From NCBI GenBank assembly GCA_041497895.1, contig JBGQHJ010000065.1, forward strand, positions 1-25,770: a DNA stretch of 25,770 nt. Reading direction: 5' to 3'. Origin of the DNA: Candidatus Methylomirabilia bacterium. Its GTDB lineage: Bacteria; Methylomirabilota; Methylomirabilia; Rokubacteriales; CSP1-6. The notes under the pieces are model-generated. The model did no database searches and was not told the origin of the DNA. It saw only the letters and a program-made list of their open reading frames with translations. Shown here one piece after another: positions 1 through 8,877 of this stretch (the first letter of the stretch is position 1; every line of letters begins with the position of its first letter). Both the position numbers and the translations under genes were made by a program.

Positions 1-582
1 CACAAGAACGACCTGGTGGTGATCTACTTCGCGGGCCACGGGGCTTCCGAGGTCGACCAGCGCGGGGTCGAGCGGGACGGTCTGTCCAAGTACCTGGTGC
101 CGGTCGACGCGGATCCCGACGATCTCTACTCGACCGCGCTGCCGATGGACGAGATGCAGAACGTCCTGGCCCGCATCGAGGCCGAGCGGGTGACCGTCTT
201 CCTCGACGCCTGCTACAGCGGGGCCGCGGGCGGCCGCACCTTCGCGTCGACCAAGACGCGCACCGTCAACGTGGACGACATCTTCCTCGAGCGGCTCACC
301 CGCTCGAAGGGCCGCGCGATCGTCACCGCCTCGCGACCGTCCGAGCTGTCTGTCGAGCTGCCCGAGCTGGGGCACGGCATCTTCACCTACTACCTGGTGC
401 GCGGGCTCGAGGGCTACGCCGACCTCAACCGCGACGGCATCGTCTCGCTCCAGGAGCTCTACGAGTACCTCACCCAGGAAGTCAGCCGGAAATCGCGCGC
501 GGTGGGCGGCAACCAGCATCCCATGCTGAAGGGCGAGCTCGAAGGCGCCCTGCCGCTCACGAAGGCCGGCAAGCGCAACTAG
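1..582 (+). CDS. Caspase-like (peptidase C14) domain protein, 5'-truncated by window edge
   Basis: Frame is open from base 1 (HKNDLVVIYFAGHG). It has the catalytic His motif FAGHG, the Cys motif FLDACYSG, HGIFTYYL, an EF-hand-like ADLNRDGIVSLQEL and a terminal QHP motif. Confidence 0.9.
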   Translation, partial: HKNDLVVIYFAGHGASEVDQRGVERDGLSKYLVPVDADPDDLYSTALPMDEMQNVLARIEAERVTVFLDACYSGAAGGRTFASTKTRTVNVDDIFLERLTRSKGRAIVTASRPSELSVELPELGHGIFTYYLVRGLEGYADLNRDGIVSLQELYEYLTQEVSRKSRAVGGNQHPMLKGELEGALPLTKAGKRN

Positions 583-584
583 CC

Positions 585-2159
585 GTGCGCCACGCGTCCG
601 CGGCACTCGCCGTCCTGCTGGTCGCCGCGACGGCCTCGGCCCAGCCCACCGGAGACGGTCAGAGCTGGGAGTCGCCCATGTCCGCCGGCGACCGCGCCTA
701 CCAGCAGGGCCATTACGCGGAGGCGGAGCGCTTCTTCGCCGCCGCCCTCGAGCGCGCCGAGCGCGCGGGGGGCGCGCAGGACCCGCGGGTGGCCCTCAGC
801 CTGGAGCTCCTGGCCTCCGCCTACCAGGCGGCGGGCAGCTTCGCCAAGGCGGAGCCGCTGCTCGGCCGCGCGCTGAACATCTCGGAGGGCGCGCTCGGGC
901 CGGACCACCCGGAGGTGGCCGCCACCCTCACCGCGGTCGGCGGCCTCGCCACCGCGCAGGGGCGGTACGCCCAGGCCGAGCCGCTGCTCCGCCGCGCGCT
1001 CGCCATCGACGAGCGGGTCCTCGGCCCGGAGCACCCCGAGGTCGCCCAGACCCTGCAGGCCCTGGCCTCGCTCGAGCGCCGCCAGGGCCGCTACCCCGAC
1101 GCCGAGGTACGGAGCCGCCGCGCGCTCGCGATCCGCGAGAAGGTGCTCGGGCCCGAGCACCTGGACGTGGCCACGAGCCTCGCCGGGCTCGCCGCCCTCT
1201 ACTGGCCGCAGAGCCGCTACGTCGAGACGGAGCAGCTCGCCCAGCGCGCCCTCACCATCCGCGAGAGCCGGCTGGGCCCCGAGCATCCCGACGTGGTCCC
1301 GCCGCTGGTCACGCTCGCCCTGGTCTACGCCGAGCAGGGCCGCTGGGCCCGGGCCGAGCCGCTCGCCCGCCGCGCGCTCGCGGTCGCCGAGAAGGCGCTC
1401 GGCTCCGAGCATCCCGAAGTGGCGACCGCCCTCGGGCCGCTCGCCGCCCTCGCCCGCGAGCGCGGTCGCTACACGGAGGCCGACACGCTCGGCCGGCGCG
1501 CGCTCGCCATCCGCGAGAAGGCGCTCGGCCCCGAGCATCCCGACGTCGCCGCCGCGGTGGACGATCAGGCGGAGCTGGCCATCCTACGCCGGAACGTGAC
1601 CCAGGCGGAGTCGCTGGCCCGCCGCGCGCTCGCCGTCCAGGAGAAAACACTCGGGCCGGAGCACCCGGACGTGGCCCGGAGCCTGCGGGTCCTCGGCCAG
1701 GCCCAGGCGATGCAGAATCGCTACCCCGAGGCGGAGCCGTCGTTCCAGCGCGCGCTCGCCATCGACGAGAAGCGGCTCGGCCCCGAGTCTCCCCGCGTGG
1801 CGCTCGACCTGGCCGGACTCGGCACCCTCTATCGCCGGCAGGGCCGCTTGGCGCAGGCCGAGCCCCTGCTCCACCGCGCCCAGGCGATCGGCGAGAAGGT
1901 CTTCGGGCCCGAGCATCCGCAGGTCGCGGCCAGCATCGTCGATCTGGCGTCGCTCTACCGCGACCAGAGCCACTTCTCCCAGGCCGAGCCCCTCTACCAG
2001 TGGGCCCTCACCCTGCAGCGCAAGTCACTCGGGCCGGAGCACCCCGACGTCGCTCTGAGCCTCGAGGAGTACGCCTCGCTCCTCAAGCAGACCAACCGCG
2101 AGGCCGAGGCCGGCCCGCTCGAGGCGCAGGCCCGCGCCATCCGCACCAAGACGCCATGA
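585..2159 (+). CDS. Secreted tetratricopeptide-repeat protein (kinesin-light-chain-like 42-aa repeats)
   Basis: N-terminal signal peptide (MRHASAALAVLLVAATASA-Q) followed by about 11-12 repeats of GPEHPxVAxxL...QGRYxxAExLxRRALAIxEKxL. Starts 2 nt after the caspase stop. Confidence 0.9.
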   Translation: MRHASAALAVLLVAATASAQPTGDGQSWESPMSAGDRAYQQGHYAEAERFFAAALERAERAGGAQDPRVALSLELLASAYQAAGSFAKAEPLLGRALNISEGALGPDHPEVAATLTAVGGLATAQGRYAQAEPLLRRALAIDERVLGPEHPEVAQTLQALASLERRQGRYPDAEVRSRRALAIREKVLGPEHLDVATSLAGLAALYWPQSRYVETEQLAQRALTIRESRLGPEHPDVVPPLVTLALVYAEQGRWARAEPLARRALAVAEKALGSEHPEVATALGPLAALARERGRYTEADTLGRRALAIREKALGPEHPDVAAAVDDQAELAILRRNVTQAESLARRALAVQEKTLGPEHPDVARSLRVLGQAQAMQNRYPEAEPSFQRALAIDEKRLGPESPRVALDLAGLGTLYRRQGRLAQAEPLLHRAQAIGEKVFGPEHPQVAASIVDLASLYRDQSHFSQAEPLYQWALTLQRKSLGPEHPDVALSLEEYASLLKQTNREAEAGPLEAQARAIRTKTP

Positions 2160-2175
2160 GCCGCCGGCGGGATCG

Positions 2176-3504
2176 CTAGCGGATTCGGGCGGGGGCACCG
2201 GCTGCGAGCTCGCGGGCCTTGGCGTAGGCGGCCTTGGCCGCGGTGTCCCACTCGGTCTCCAGACGCGACTTCACCTCGAGCTTGTCGCGGAAGGCGCCGT
2301 TGACCTCGCGGTCCGACGCGCGCGCGCCGTCGAGCGGCACCGTGCTCGCGAGCCGGCGGGCCTCCGCGAGCTGAGCGACCGCGGCATCGACGGACCGGCC
2401 GCCGCGACGCGCGGTCGCCACCTGGGCGTCGGCGCCGTGGATCGCGCCCCACGCCCCCCGCAGCTCCGCATGGCGGAAGGTGATCACGTGGTCGAAGAGC
2501 GAGTTGACCACGTTGCGCCGGCTCGAGGAGAGCTTGTCGTCGAAGTCCACCCCGCCCAGCTTCATCGCGAATGGATTGGGATAGCCCTTGGGGGCGCGGG
2601 CATACAGGGCCGGCACCACCGGGAGCCGGCCGATCTCGGGAGCGAAGAGCTTCTGCTGGCCCTCGTCGCCCAGCAGATATTCCACGAACGCGCGGGCGTT
2701 GGCCGGGTTGGGACCGTTACGGACCACCGCCACCGAGGCCGGGACCACCGCGGTGAGCGACGGGTACGCGAAGTCGATCGGCTGGCCGGACGCGATGGCC
2801 GAGAGCCCGAAGAAGTCGATCACCACCCCGACGCCGTACTGGCCCGATATCACGGCCTCCGGCACCCCGAAGCTCCGCTCGGTGATCGCCCCCATGTTGC
2901 CGCCCATCTGCAAGAGCAGGCCCCAGCCCTTCTCCCACCCGTAGGCCTGCAGGATCACCTCGATGGTGAGGTGCGTGGTGCCGCTGCGCGACGGGGCCGA
3001 GATGACCAGGTGCCCGAAGTAACGCGGGTCGGCGAGATCCGTCCACTCGCGGGGCGCGGGCAGCTTGTGCAGCGCGAGGTAGCGCGTGTTCCACATGAGC
3101 CCGTAGCCCGAGACCGCGAAGCCCCAGTAGGTGCCGTCGGGATCGTGCAGCGGGAAGCTACCGATCCTGGCCGGCATGCGCGCGAGCGTCTCCCGCGGCA
3201 GGGTCACGCGGTCGAGCAGCCCGTCGGCCTTGAGGGTCTGGAAGGCGTCGACCGCCGAGACCCAGAACACGTCGACCTCCGGGCGCGCCCGCGTCTCACG
3301 CAGGTAGGTCACGGCCTGATTGGTCTGCTGCTGCTTCACCACGACCTTGACCCCGGGCGTCTTCTGCTCGAAGGCCTGCTTGTAGGCCTCGAAGAGCTCC
3401 TTGGGAAAGGAGGTGAGCACCACGACCTCGCGGGTCGCGGGCTGCGCCGCGCTGGAAGCCGCGCCCACGGTGAGGACGAGGAGAACGACGAGGAAACGGA
3501 TCAT
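2176..3504 (-). CDS. Extracytoplasmic solute-binding protein, PgtC-like (Fe3+/thiamine SBP fold)
   Basis: Signal peptide; motifs SAPSRSGTTHLTIEVILQAYGWEKGW and ITERSFGV...GVVIDFF resemble PgtC-type binding proteins. ATGA overlap with the upstream phosphatase stop. Confidence 0.8.
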   Translation of the reverse strand: MIRFLVVLLVLTVGAASSAAQPATREVVVLTSFPKELFEAYKQAFEQKTPGVKVVVKQQQTNQAVTYLRETRARPEVDVFWVSAVDAFQTLKADGLLDRVTLPRETLARMPARIGSFPLHDPDGTYWGFAVSGYGLMWNTRYLALHKLPAPREWTDLADPRYFGHLVISAPSRSGTTHLTIEVILQAYGWEKGWGLLLQMGGNMGAITERSFGVPEAVISGQYGVGVVIDFFGLSAIASGQPIDFAYPSLTAVVPASVAVVRNGPNPANARAFVEYLLGDEGQQKLFAPEIGRLPVVPALYARAPKGYPNPFAMKLGGVDFDDKLSSSRRNVVNSLFDHVITFRHAELRGAWGAIHGADAQVATARRGGRSVDAAVAQLAEARRLASTVPLDGARASDREVNGAFRDKLEVKSRLETEWDTAAKAAYAKARELAAGAPARIR

Positions 3505-4688
3505 GAGGAGGAGCCTCCGGGGCTTCGCAGCACGAACACGGTCATGTCGTCCTGGATGCGGGCCCCGCCGCGGCGGAGCACGTCCTCGCAGAGGGCGAGG
3601 GCCAGGGCCGCCGGCGGCCGCGCGCGCTCGCGCGTGAGGAAGGACAGCACCGCCCGCACGCCGGGCCGCTGCCCGTCCTGCTCGGGAGCCTCCAGGATGC
3701 CGTCGGTCAGGAGCACCAGCGCGTCGCCCTGCTCGAGACGGAGCGCGGTCTGTCCGAACGGCGAGTCGTCGAAGACCCCGAGCGGGGCGCCCGCCGCGTC
3801 GCCGAGTGCGGCCACCCGGGCGTCGCCGGCCGCGGGGACCACCACCGGGTCCGGATGTCCCGCGCTCGACAGGAGCATGCGCCCGGGATCGCTCCCGTCC
3901 GGCACCGCGAGGATCAGGGTGACGAACATGGACGGCGGCATGTCGCGGCAGAGCGAGCGGTTGAGCGCGGCCAGCACCGGGCCGGGCTCCTCGAGGCTCC
4001 GGGCGAGCTCGCGCAGGAGCGTCCGGGCCATCACCATCAGGAGGGCGGCCGGGATCCCCTTGCCGGAGACGTCCCCGACCGCGATCCCGAGGCGCTCGCC
4101 CATGGGGACGATGTCGAAGAAGTCGCCCCCCACCACGGTGGAGGAGCGCAGCGCCGCACCCGCCTCGAGCCCGGCCACCGTCGAGGGCACCGGGGGCAGC
4201 AGGCGCTCCTGGATGTCGCGCGCGGCCTCGAGATCGCGGCCGAGCTGCGCCATCCGCTCGGCGGTGAACCAGTCGCCGAGCACGCTGAGCAGCGGGCTGA
4301 CCACACGGGAGTGGGCCGAGCGCTTGAGCAGGGCCGACACCCGTGCCACGACCTCGGCCGGCTCGAAGGGCTTGGCCACGTAGTCGTCGGCGCCCCGCTC
4401 GAAGCCGGCCATCTTGTCGGCGAGCCCCGACCGCGCGGTCAGCATGATCACCGGCACCTGCGCGGTGGGCGGGTGCTGGCGGATCCGGCGGAGGGTCTCG
4501 AGCCCGTCGGAGCGCGGCATCATGACGTCGAGCAGGATCAGGTCGGGTGCCTGCCGCTGGATCGCCTCGACCGCCTCGAGCCCGTCGGCCGCGCTCGTGA
4601 CCTCGTAGCCGGCGCGCCGCAGGGTCACGGTCAGGATCGTGCTGATGTCCGCCTCGTCGTCGACGACGAGGATGCGCGCCGCGGTCAC
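3501..4688 (-). CDS. Response regulator receiver domain fused to SpoIIE/PP2C-family Ser/Thr phosphatase (RsbU/RsbP-like)
   Basis: C-terminal 395 aa of the 3501..8306 ORF. Receiver motifs ILVVDDE, DLILLDVMMP and AKPF; PP2C motifs GGDFFD, GDVSGKGIPAA, LTDGILEA and DDMT. The GTG start at 4688 overlaps the kinase stop (GTGA). Confidence 0.9.
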   Translation of the reverse strand: MTAARILVVDDEADISTILTVTLRRAGYEVTSAADGLEAVEAIQRQAPDLILLDVMMPRSDGLETLRRIRQHPPTAQVPVIMLTARSGLADKMAGFERGADDYVAKPFEPAEVVARVSALLKRSAHSRVVSPLLSVLGDWFTAERMAQLGRDLEAARDIQERLLPPVPSTVAGLEAGAALRSSTVVGGDFFDIVPMGERLGIAVGDVSGKGIPAALLMVMARTLLRELARSLEEPGPVLAALNRSLCRDMPPSMFVTLILAVPDGSDPGRMLLSSAGHPDPVVVPAAGDARVAALGDAAGAPLGVFDDSPFGQTALRLEQGDALVLLTDGILEAPEQDGQRPGVRAVLSFLTRERARPPAALALALCEDVLRRGGARIQDDMTVFVLRSPGGSSS

Positions 4689-7600
4689 GCGCCGGCCCCG
4701 TTCACCGGTCGCAGGCGCGAGCGGATCGCGGTGAGCAGGTCGGCCGAGCTGAAGGGCTTGGTCAGGCAAACGGTGGCCCCGAGCGCGCGCGGATCGCCGG
4801 GCTCGACCTCGATCGCGCTCAGCACCACCACCGGGGTGTCGCGCGTCTCGGCCTGCTCCCGCAACAGGCGGATGGCCTCGAAGCCGTCCAGGTCGGGCAG
4901 CATGAGGTCCATCGTGATCACGTCGGGATGCTGCTGACGGGCGAGCTCCACGCCCTCCAGGACGCGGCCCGCCTCGATGACCCGGAAGCCCGAGGCCTGC
5001 AGGACGTCGCGCATGAGCGCGCGCACGTCGGGCTCGTCGTCGACCACCAGCACCAGCGGGACCTGGTCCGACCGCTCGGCGGGGACCTCGTCGCCCGGCG
5101 CGGCCGCCGCGGCGCCGGGCACCGGCAGCCGCACCGTGAAGGTGGCACCGGCCCCGGGCCGGCTGTCCACCGCGATGCGCCCGCCGTGCTCCTCCACGAT
5201 CCCGCGGCAGATGGCGAGGCCGAGGCCGGTCCCGCCGACCGCCCGCACGTTGCTGCCGTCGAGCTGCTGGAACTTGCGGAAGAGCCGCCCCACGTCCTCG
5301 GGCGCGATTCCCCGCCCGTGGTCGCTCACCCAGATCTCCACCGCCGCGCCGGCGCGGCGGGCCCCCACCGTGACCCGCTCCTGCTCGGGGGAGAACTTGA
5401 TGGCGTTCGAGAGCAGGTTGGTCACCACCTGCACCATCCGGTCGAAGTCGACGTGGACCGACGGCAGGTCGGCCTCGATCTGGGCCTCGATCGAGATCCG
5501 GCGCGACTCCGCGAACCCGCGGATGCCGTCCACCGCGAGCTCGACGAAGTCGGCGGGGCGGTGCATCTCGAGATCCAGGTGGATGTGGCCCGCCTCCATC
5601 TTGGAGATGTCGAGGATGTTGTTGATGAGGCGGATGAGCCGGTCGGTGTTCTTGAGCGAGATGTCGACGAGACGCCGCTGGGTCTCGTCGAGCACCAGAT
5701 GCTCGTCGGACAGCAGGAGGTGGAGCGAGCCCTTGATGGAGGCGAGCGGCGTCCGCAACTCGTGGGAGACGGTGGAGACGAACTCGGTCTTCATGCGGTC
5801 GATCTCCCGCTCGCGGGTGACGTCGCGCAGGGTGACCGTGACCCCGACCACGCCGCCCAGCAGATCGTGGGTGGGCGTGATCATCCAGCGGAGCGTCCGC
5901 CGCTCGGCTCCCGCGAGCTCGAGGTCGCCGGCGGCGGCCTCCCCCGCGTGCGCGAGCGCGGCGGCCAGCGCCGGTCCGCCCGCCGCCTCCCAGTCGACCG
6001 GGCGCGCGAGCGTCTCCACCAGGTGCGCGAACGGTCGCCCGATCACCGCGCGCGGCTCGACCCCGAGCAGGCCGCCGCCCCGCTGGTTGAGCGCCACCAC
6101 CGACCGGTCGAGGTCGAGCACCAGGAAGCCGTCGGAGGTCGAGGCGAAGACCTGCTCGAGCTGGGTCTTCTGGTTCTCCGCGTTCTCGAAGAGGGTCGCG
6201 TTGTCGAGCGCCATCGCGAGCTGGTCCGCGTAGGCGGCGAGGAGGCGCGTCTCGGCCTCGGTGAGCGCGCGCGGCCCCGCGAACTGGAGGAGGAGGCCGC
6301 CGAGCACCCGGCTCCGGCCGCGCACCGGAAAGCCGGCGAGCCCCCCGCCCGCCTCGACGAGCCCGGCCCGGAGCAGGTCCGCGCGGGCCGCGGTGTCGGG
6401 AATGAGCAGCGGGGCCTCGCGGCGCCGCAGGGGCTCGGCCAGCGCGCGCACCGCCTCGCGGGGCCAGTCGCCCCACGCGATGGTCTCGCCACGGCCGGCG
6501 CCGGGCTCCTCGAACAGGACGATGCCGACGCGGCTCGCCCCGAAGGTCTGCCCCAGGGTGCCCGCCGCCTCGGGCAGCAGGCGCTTGACGTCGAGCGTGC
6601 GATGCAGCGTGCGGGCCGCCGCGTTGAGCAGCGCGGCGCCGGCCAGGTTCTTCTGGGTGGCCGAGTACAGGCGTGCGTTCTCGATGGCCACCGCCCCCTG
6701 GGCGGCCAGGCTCGAGAGGAGGTTCACCTCGCGCTCGGTGAAGACGTGCGGGGTGAAATAGGAGCCGCCCAGCACCCCGAAGACCTCGTCGCGGATCATG
6801 ATCGGCACCGCGAGATACGCGCGCGGCGCGTCCTCGCGCTGCAAGGCCGCCGCGTTGTCGGCCGCGTAGGCGAGCGTCGGGTCGGCGAGCCGGTCGTTCG
6901 TCCAGGCCGGACGCCGCTCGGCGTAGGCGCGCCCGGTGATCCCCTCCCCCGCCCGCATCAGCAGCGGGCGCGAGAAGCTCTCCGAGTGGTTGCGGCCGCG
7001 GACGAAGACGAGGCCGCCCCGCGCGGTGTCCCAGCGGTAGAAGCCCGCCGCCGCGCAGCCGAGCGCCTCGATGGTGCCGTCGGCCACGAGGTCGAGCACC
7101 GCGTCCAGCTCGAGGGTGGACGAGAGCTTCCGGGTCACCTCGAGGAGGAGGGTGGCGTCGCGCTCCCGCTGCCGGGTCTCGCCGTACAGCCGCGCGTTGT
7201 TGACCGAGGTCGCGAGCTGCTGGCAGAAGAGCTCGAGGTGGGCGACCCCGCGCCGGGTGATGGGCCGGCGGCTCGGCTTGTTGTCGGCGCTCACCACCCC
7301 GATCGGGCGGCCCTGCACGAGCAGGGGGACCAGGACGAAGCGCCGGGCGCGCAGGATCGGGTGGCGCTGCCACCGCGTGGGCAGCGGCGGCACGCGGGCC
7401 AGCTGCTCGTCGTCCGACACCATGAGGGTGATGCCCGACTCCCACACCGCCTGGAAGCCGCCCACTTCCCGCAGGGGAACCAAGCGGGGAACGTCCGGCC
7501 CGACGTCGCGGCCCGCGACCAGCCGGAGCGTGGCGCCGTCGGCCTCCGCGAGCCAGACGTTGAGGCGCTCGAAGTTGAGCGCGCGGCCCGCCGCGTCCGC

Positions 7601-8800
7601 GAAGATCTCGACGCGCTCCTGCAGGTCCATCGAGCGGTCCATGGCCTGGGTCAGGGCGTAGAGATCCTCGGTGAGCCGCCGCCGATCCTGGATGTCCTGG
7701 AAGAGGCGGGCCTTGGCGATGGCGGAGGCGGACTGGGTGACGAAGACGTCCAGCATCTCGTGGTCGTCCACCGCCATGCGGAACGGCGCCCGCCCTCCCA
7801 TCACCAGCACCCCGAGCAGCAGGTCCTGGAAGATGATCGGCACGCCGAGGAAGCTGCGGAAGCCGTGGGTGTCCCACCACTCCCGGTTCGTCACGCGCGC
7901 ATCCGACGTCACGTCGTCGATCTGGAGGGCGCGGCGATGGGTCGCCACCCAGCCCACGTCGCCCTCGCCCAGGTCGAACGAGCGCCGGGGAAAGTCGGGC
8001 ACCCCGTTCGGGCCCGCGAAGGCGCGCGCGTCGAGGCGCTTGAGGGCCGCGTCGACCACCCACACCGAGACCACCGGCACCTGCATCAGCTCGACCGCGG
8101 CGGCCGCGATCCCGGCCAGCACCTCGCCCGGCTCGAGCGACGAGGACACGAGCTGGTTGAGCCGGGTCAGGGTCCGCAGGCGGCTCGCCCGCGTGTTCAG
8201 CGCGTCGTGCAGCCGCGCGTTGCGCAGGAGGACGCCGGCCTGCTCGCCGATCGCCTCCAGCGGGGCGAGGTCCGCCTCCTCGAAGCGCCGCCGCGTCCGC
8301 CACCACACCAGGTAGAACGCGCCCGCGACCTGGCCGTCGAGGAAGAGCGGGATGATCAGGCCCGACTGGTGCGGGAAGCGGCGGAAGAGGTCGATGGCGA
8401 ACCGCGGGTCGGAGGGCAGGTCGTCGCTCCAGATGACCCGGCCGCTCCGGAACACCGCGTCGAACCCGCGCTGGTCGGCGACGGTCAGCTTGGCCCGGGC
8501 CAGAGCCTCGAGCGCGTGCTTCGGCACGTGGTAGGCGGCCATCGGGCTCAACTCGGCGCCGTCCGCCTGCCGGACGTAGGCCGCGACCGTCTCCGCGCCG
8601 GTCAGCCGGGCTAGCTCCCGGCAGATGAGCCGCAGGGCCTCGAGAAAATCGGTGGTCGAGCTGGCGACGCGCGCGACCGACAGCAGCGCGGCGGTCTCGC
8701 GCAGTCGCGATTCGAGCCCGTCGTCGCCTTCGACGGGACCGGAGCCGGCCTCATCTCCCGGGCGGCCCGGGCGCGGGCCGCGGGCCCTGTGGCTCTCCAT
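4685..8800 (-). CDS. Soluble hybrid sensor histidine kinase: 5xGAF-PAS-HisKA-HATPase-REC
   Basis: Likely start MESHRARG at 8800. Five GAF units end in NARLH, KARLF, NARLY, NARLY and NATLF; PAS (STSDGFLVLD); H-box VSHELRTPL; N-box NLLSNAIKFS; G boxes DHGRGI and GGTGLGL; C-terminal receiver (VVDDE, DLMLP, TKPF). Confidence 0.92.
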   Translation of the reverse strand: MESHRARGPRPGRPGDEAGSGPVEGDDGLESRLRETAALLSVARVASSTTDFLEALRLICRELARLTGAETVAAYVRQADGAELSPMAAYHVPKHALEALARAKLTVADQRGFDAVFRSGRVIWSDDLPSDPRFAIDLFRRFPHQSGLIIPLFLDGQVAGAFYLVWWRTRRRFEEADLAPLEAIGEQAGVLLRNARLHDALNTRASRLRTLTRLNQLVSSSLEPGEVLAGIAAAAVELMQVPVVSVWVVDAALKRLDARAFAGPNGVPDFPRRSFDLGEGDVGWVATHRRALQIDDVTSDARVTNREWWDTHGFRSFLGVPIIFQDLLLGVLVMGGRAPFRMAVDDHEMLDVFVTQSASAIAKARLFQDIQDRRRLTEDLYALTQAMDRSMDLQERVEIFADAAGRALNFERLNVWLAEADGATLRLVAGRDVGPDVPRLVPLREVGGFQAVWESGITLMVSDDEQLARVPPLPTRWQRHPILRARRFVLVPLLVQGRPIGVVSADNKPSRRPITRRGVAHLELFCQQLATSVNNARLYGETRQRERDATLLLEVTRKLSSTLELDAVLDLVADGTIEALGCAAAGFYRWDTARGGLVFVRGRNHSESFSRPLLMRAGEGITGRAYAERRPAWTNDRLADPTLAYAADNAAALQREDAPRAYLAVPIMIRDEVFGVLGGSYFTPHVFTEREVNLLSSLAAQGAVAIENARLYSATQKNLAGAALLNAAARTLHRTLDVKRLLPEAAGTLGQTFGASRVGIVLFEEPGAGRGETIAWGDWPREAVRALAEPLRRREAPLLIPDTAARADLLRAGLVEAGGGLAGFPVRGRSRVLGGLLLQFAGPRALTEAETRLLAAYADQLAMALDNATLFENAENQKTQLEQVFASTSDGFLVLDLDRSVVALNQRGGGLLGVEPRAVIGRPFAHLVETLARPVDWEAAGGPALAAALAHAGEAAAGDLELAGAERRTLRWMITPTHDLLGGVVGVTVTLRDVTREREIDRMKTEFVSTVSHELRTPLASIKGSLHLLLSDEHLVLDETQRRLVDISLKNTDRLIRLINNILDISKMEAGHIHLDLEMHRPADFVELAVDGIRGFAESRRISIEAQIEADLPSVHVDFDRMVQVVTNLLSNAIKFSPEQERVTVGARRAGAAVEIWVSDHGRGIAPEDVGRLFRKFQQLDGSNVRAVGGTGLGLAICRGIVEEHGGRIAVDSRPGAGATFTVRLPVPGAAAAAPGDEVPAERSDQVPLVLVVDDEPDVRALMRDVLQASGFRVIEAGRVLEGVELARQQHPDVITMDLMLPDLDGFEAIRLLREQAETRDTPVVVLSAIEVEPGDPRALGATVCLTKPFSSADLLTAIRSRLRPVNGAGA

Positions 8801-8812
8801 GGGGTGAGTTCC

Positions 8813-8818
8813 AGTATA
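8813..8818 (-). promoter_or_regulatory. Candidate -10 element (TATACT) for the kinase operon
   Basis: TATACT on the minus strand, 12 nt upstream of the ATG at 8800, in an otherwise GC-rich spacer. No convincing -35. Confidence 0.35.
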
Positions 8819-8877
8819 TGCCGGAGGCCCGCGAACACCGCCAACCAGCGGCCCCGGGAGGAGCGGGCCGGCTCGCG

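Noticed and set aside
585..2159. 126-bp periodic DNA repeats resembling an array
   Set aside because: Explained by the 42-aa TPR coding repeats. They are degenerate, in frame and lack a repeat-spacer structure, so this is not CRISPR.
2160..2175. Terminator between the convergent TPR and SBP genes
   Set aside because: Only a 10-bp GC palindrome (ccgccggcgg) with no loop or U-tract, which is expected by chance at this GC content.
4689..8306. N-terminal 1206 codons of the 1601-aa ORF 3501..8306
   Set aside because: Arg/Gly/Pro-rich off-frame read overlapping the kinase gene. Only the part from GTG 4688 has recognisable domains.
2437..8614. Long plus-strand ORFs (648 aa, 1228 aa and others; similar cases at 12771-14609, 15621-17717, 19339-20877 and 21652-24153)
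   Set aside because: Antisense shadows of well-supported minus-strand genes, with no recognisable motifs.
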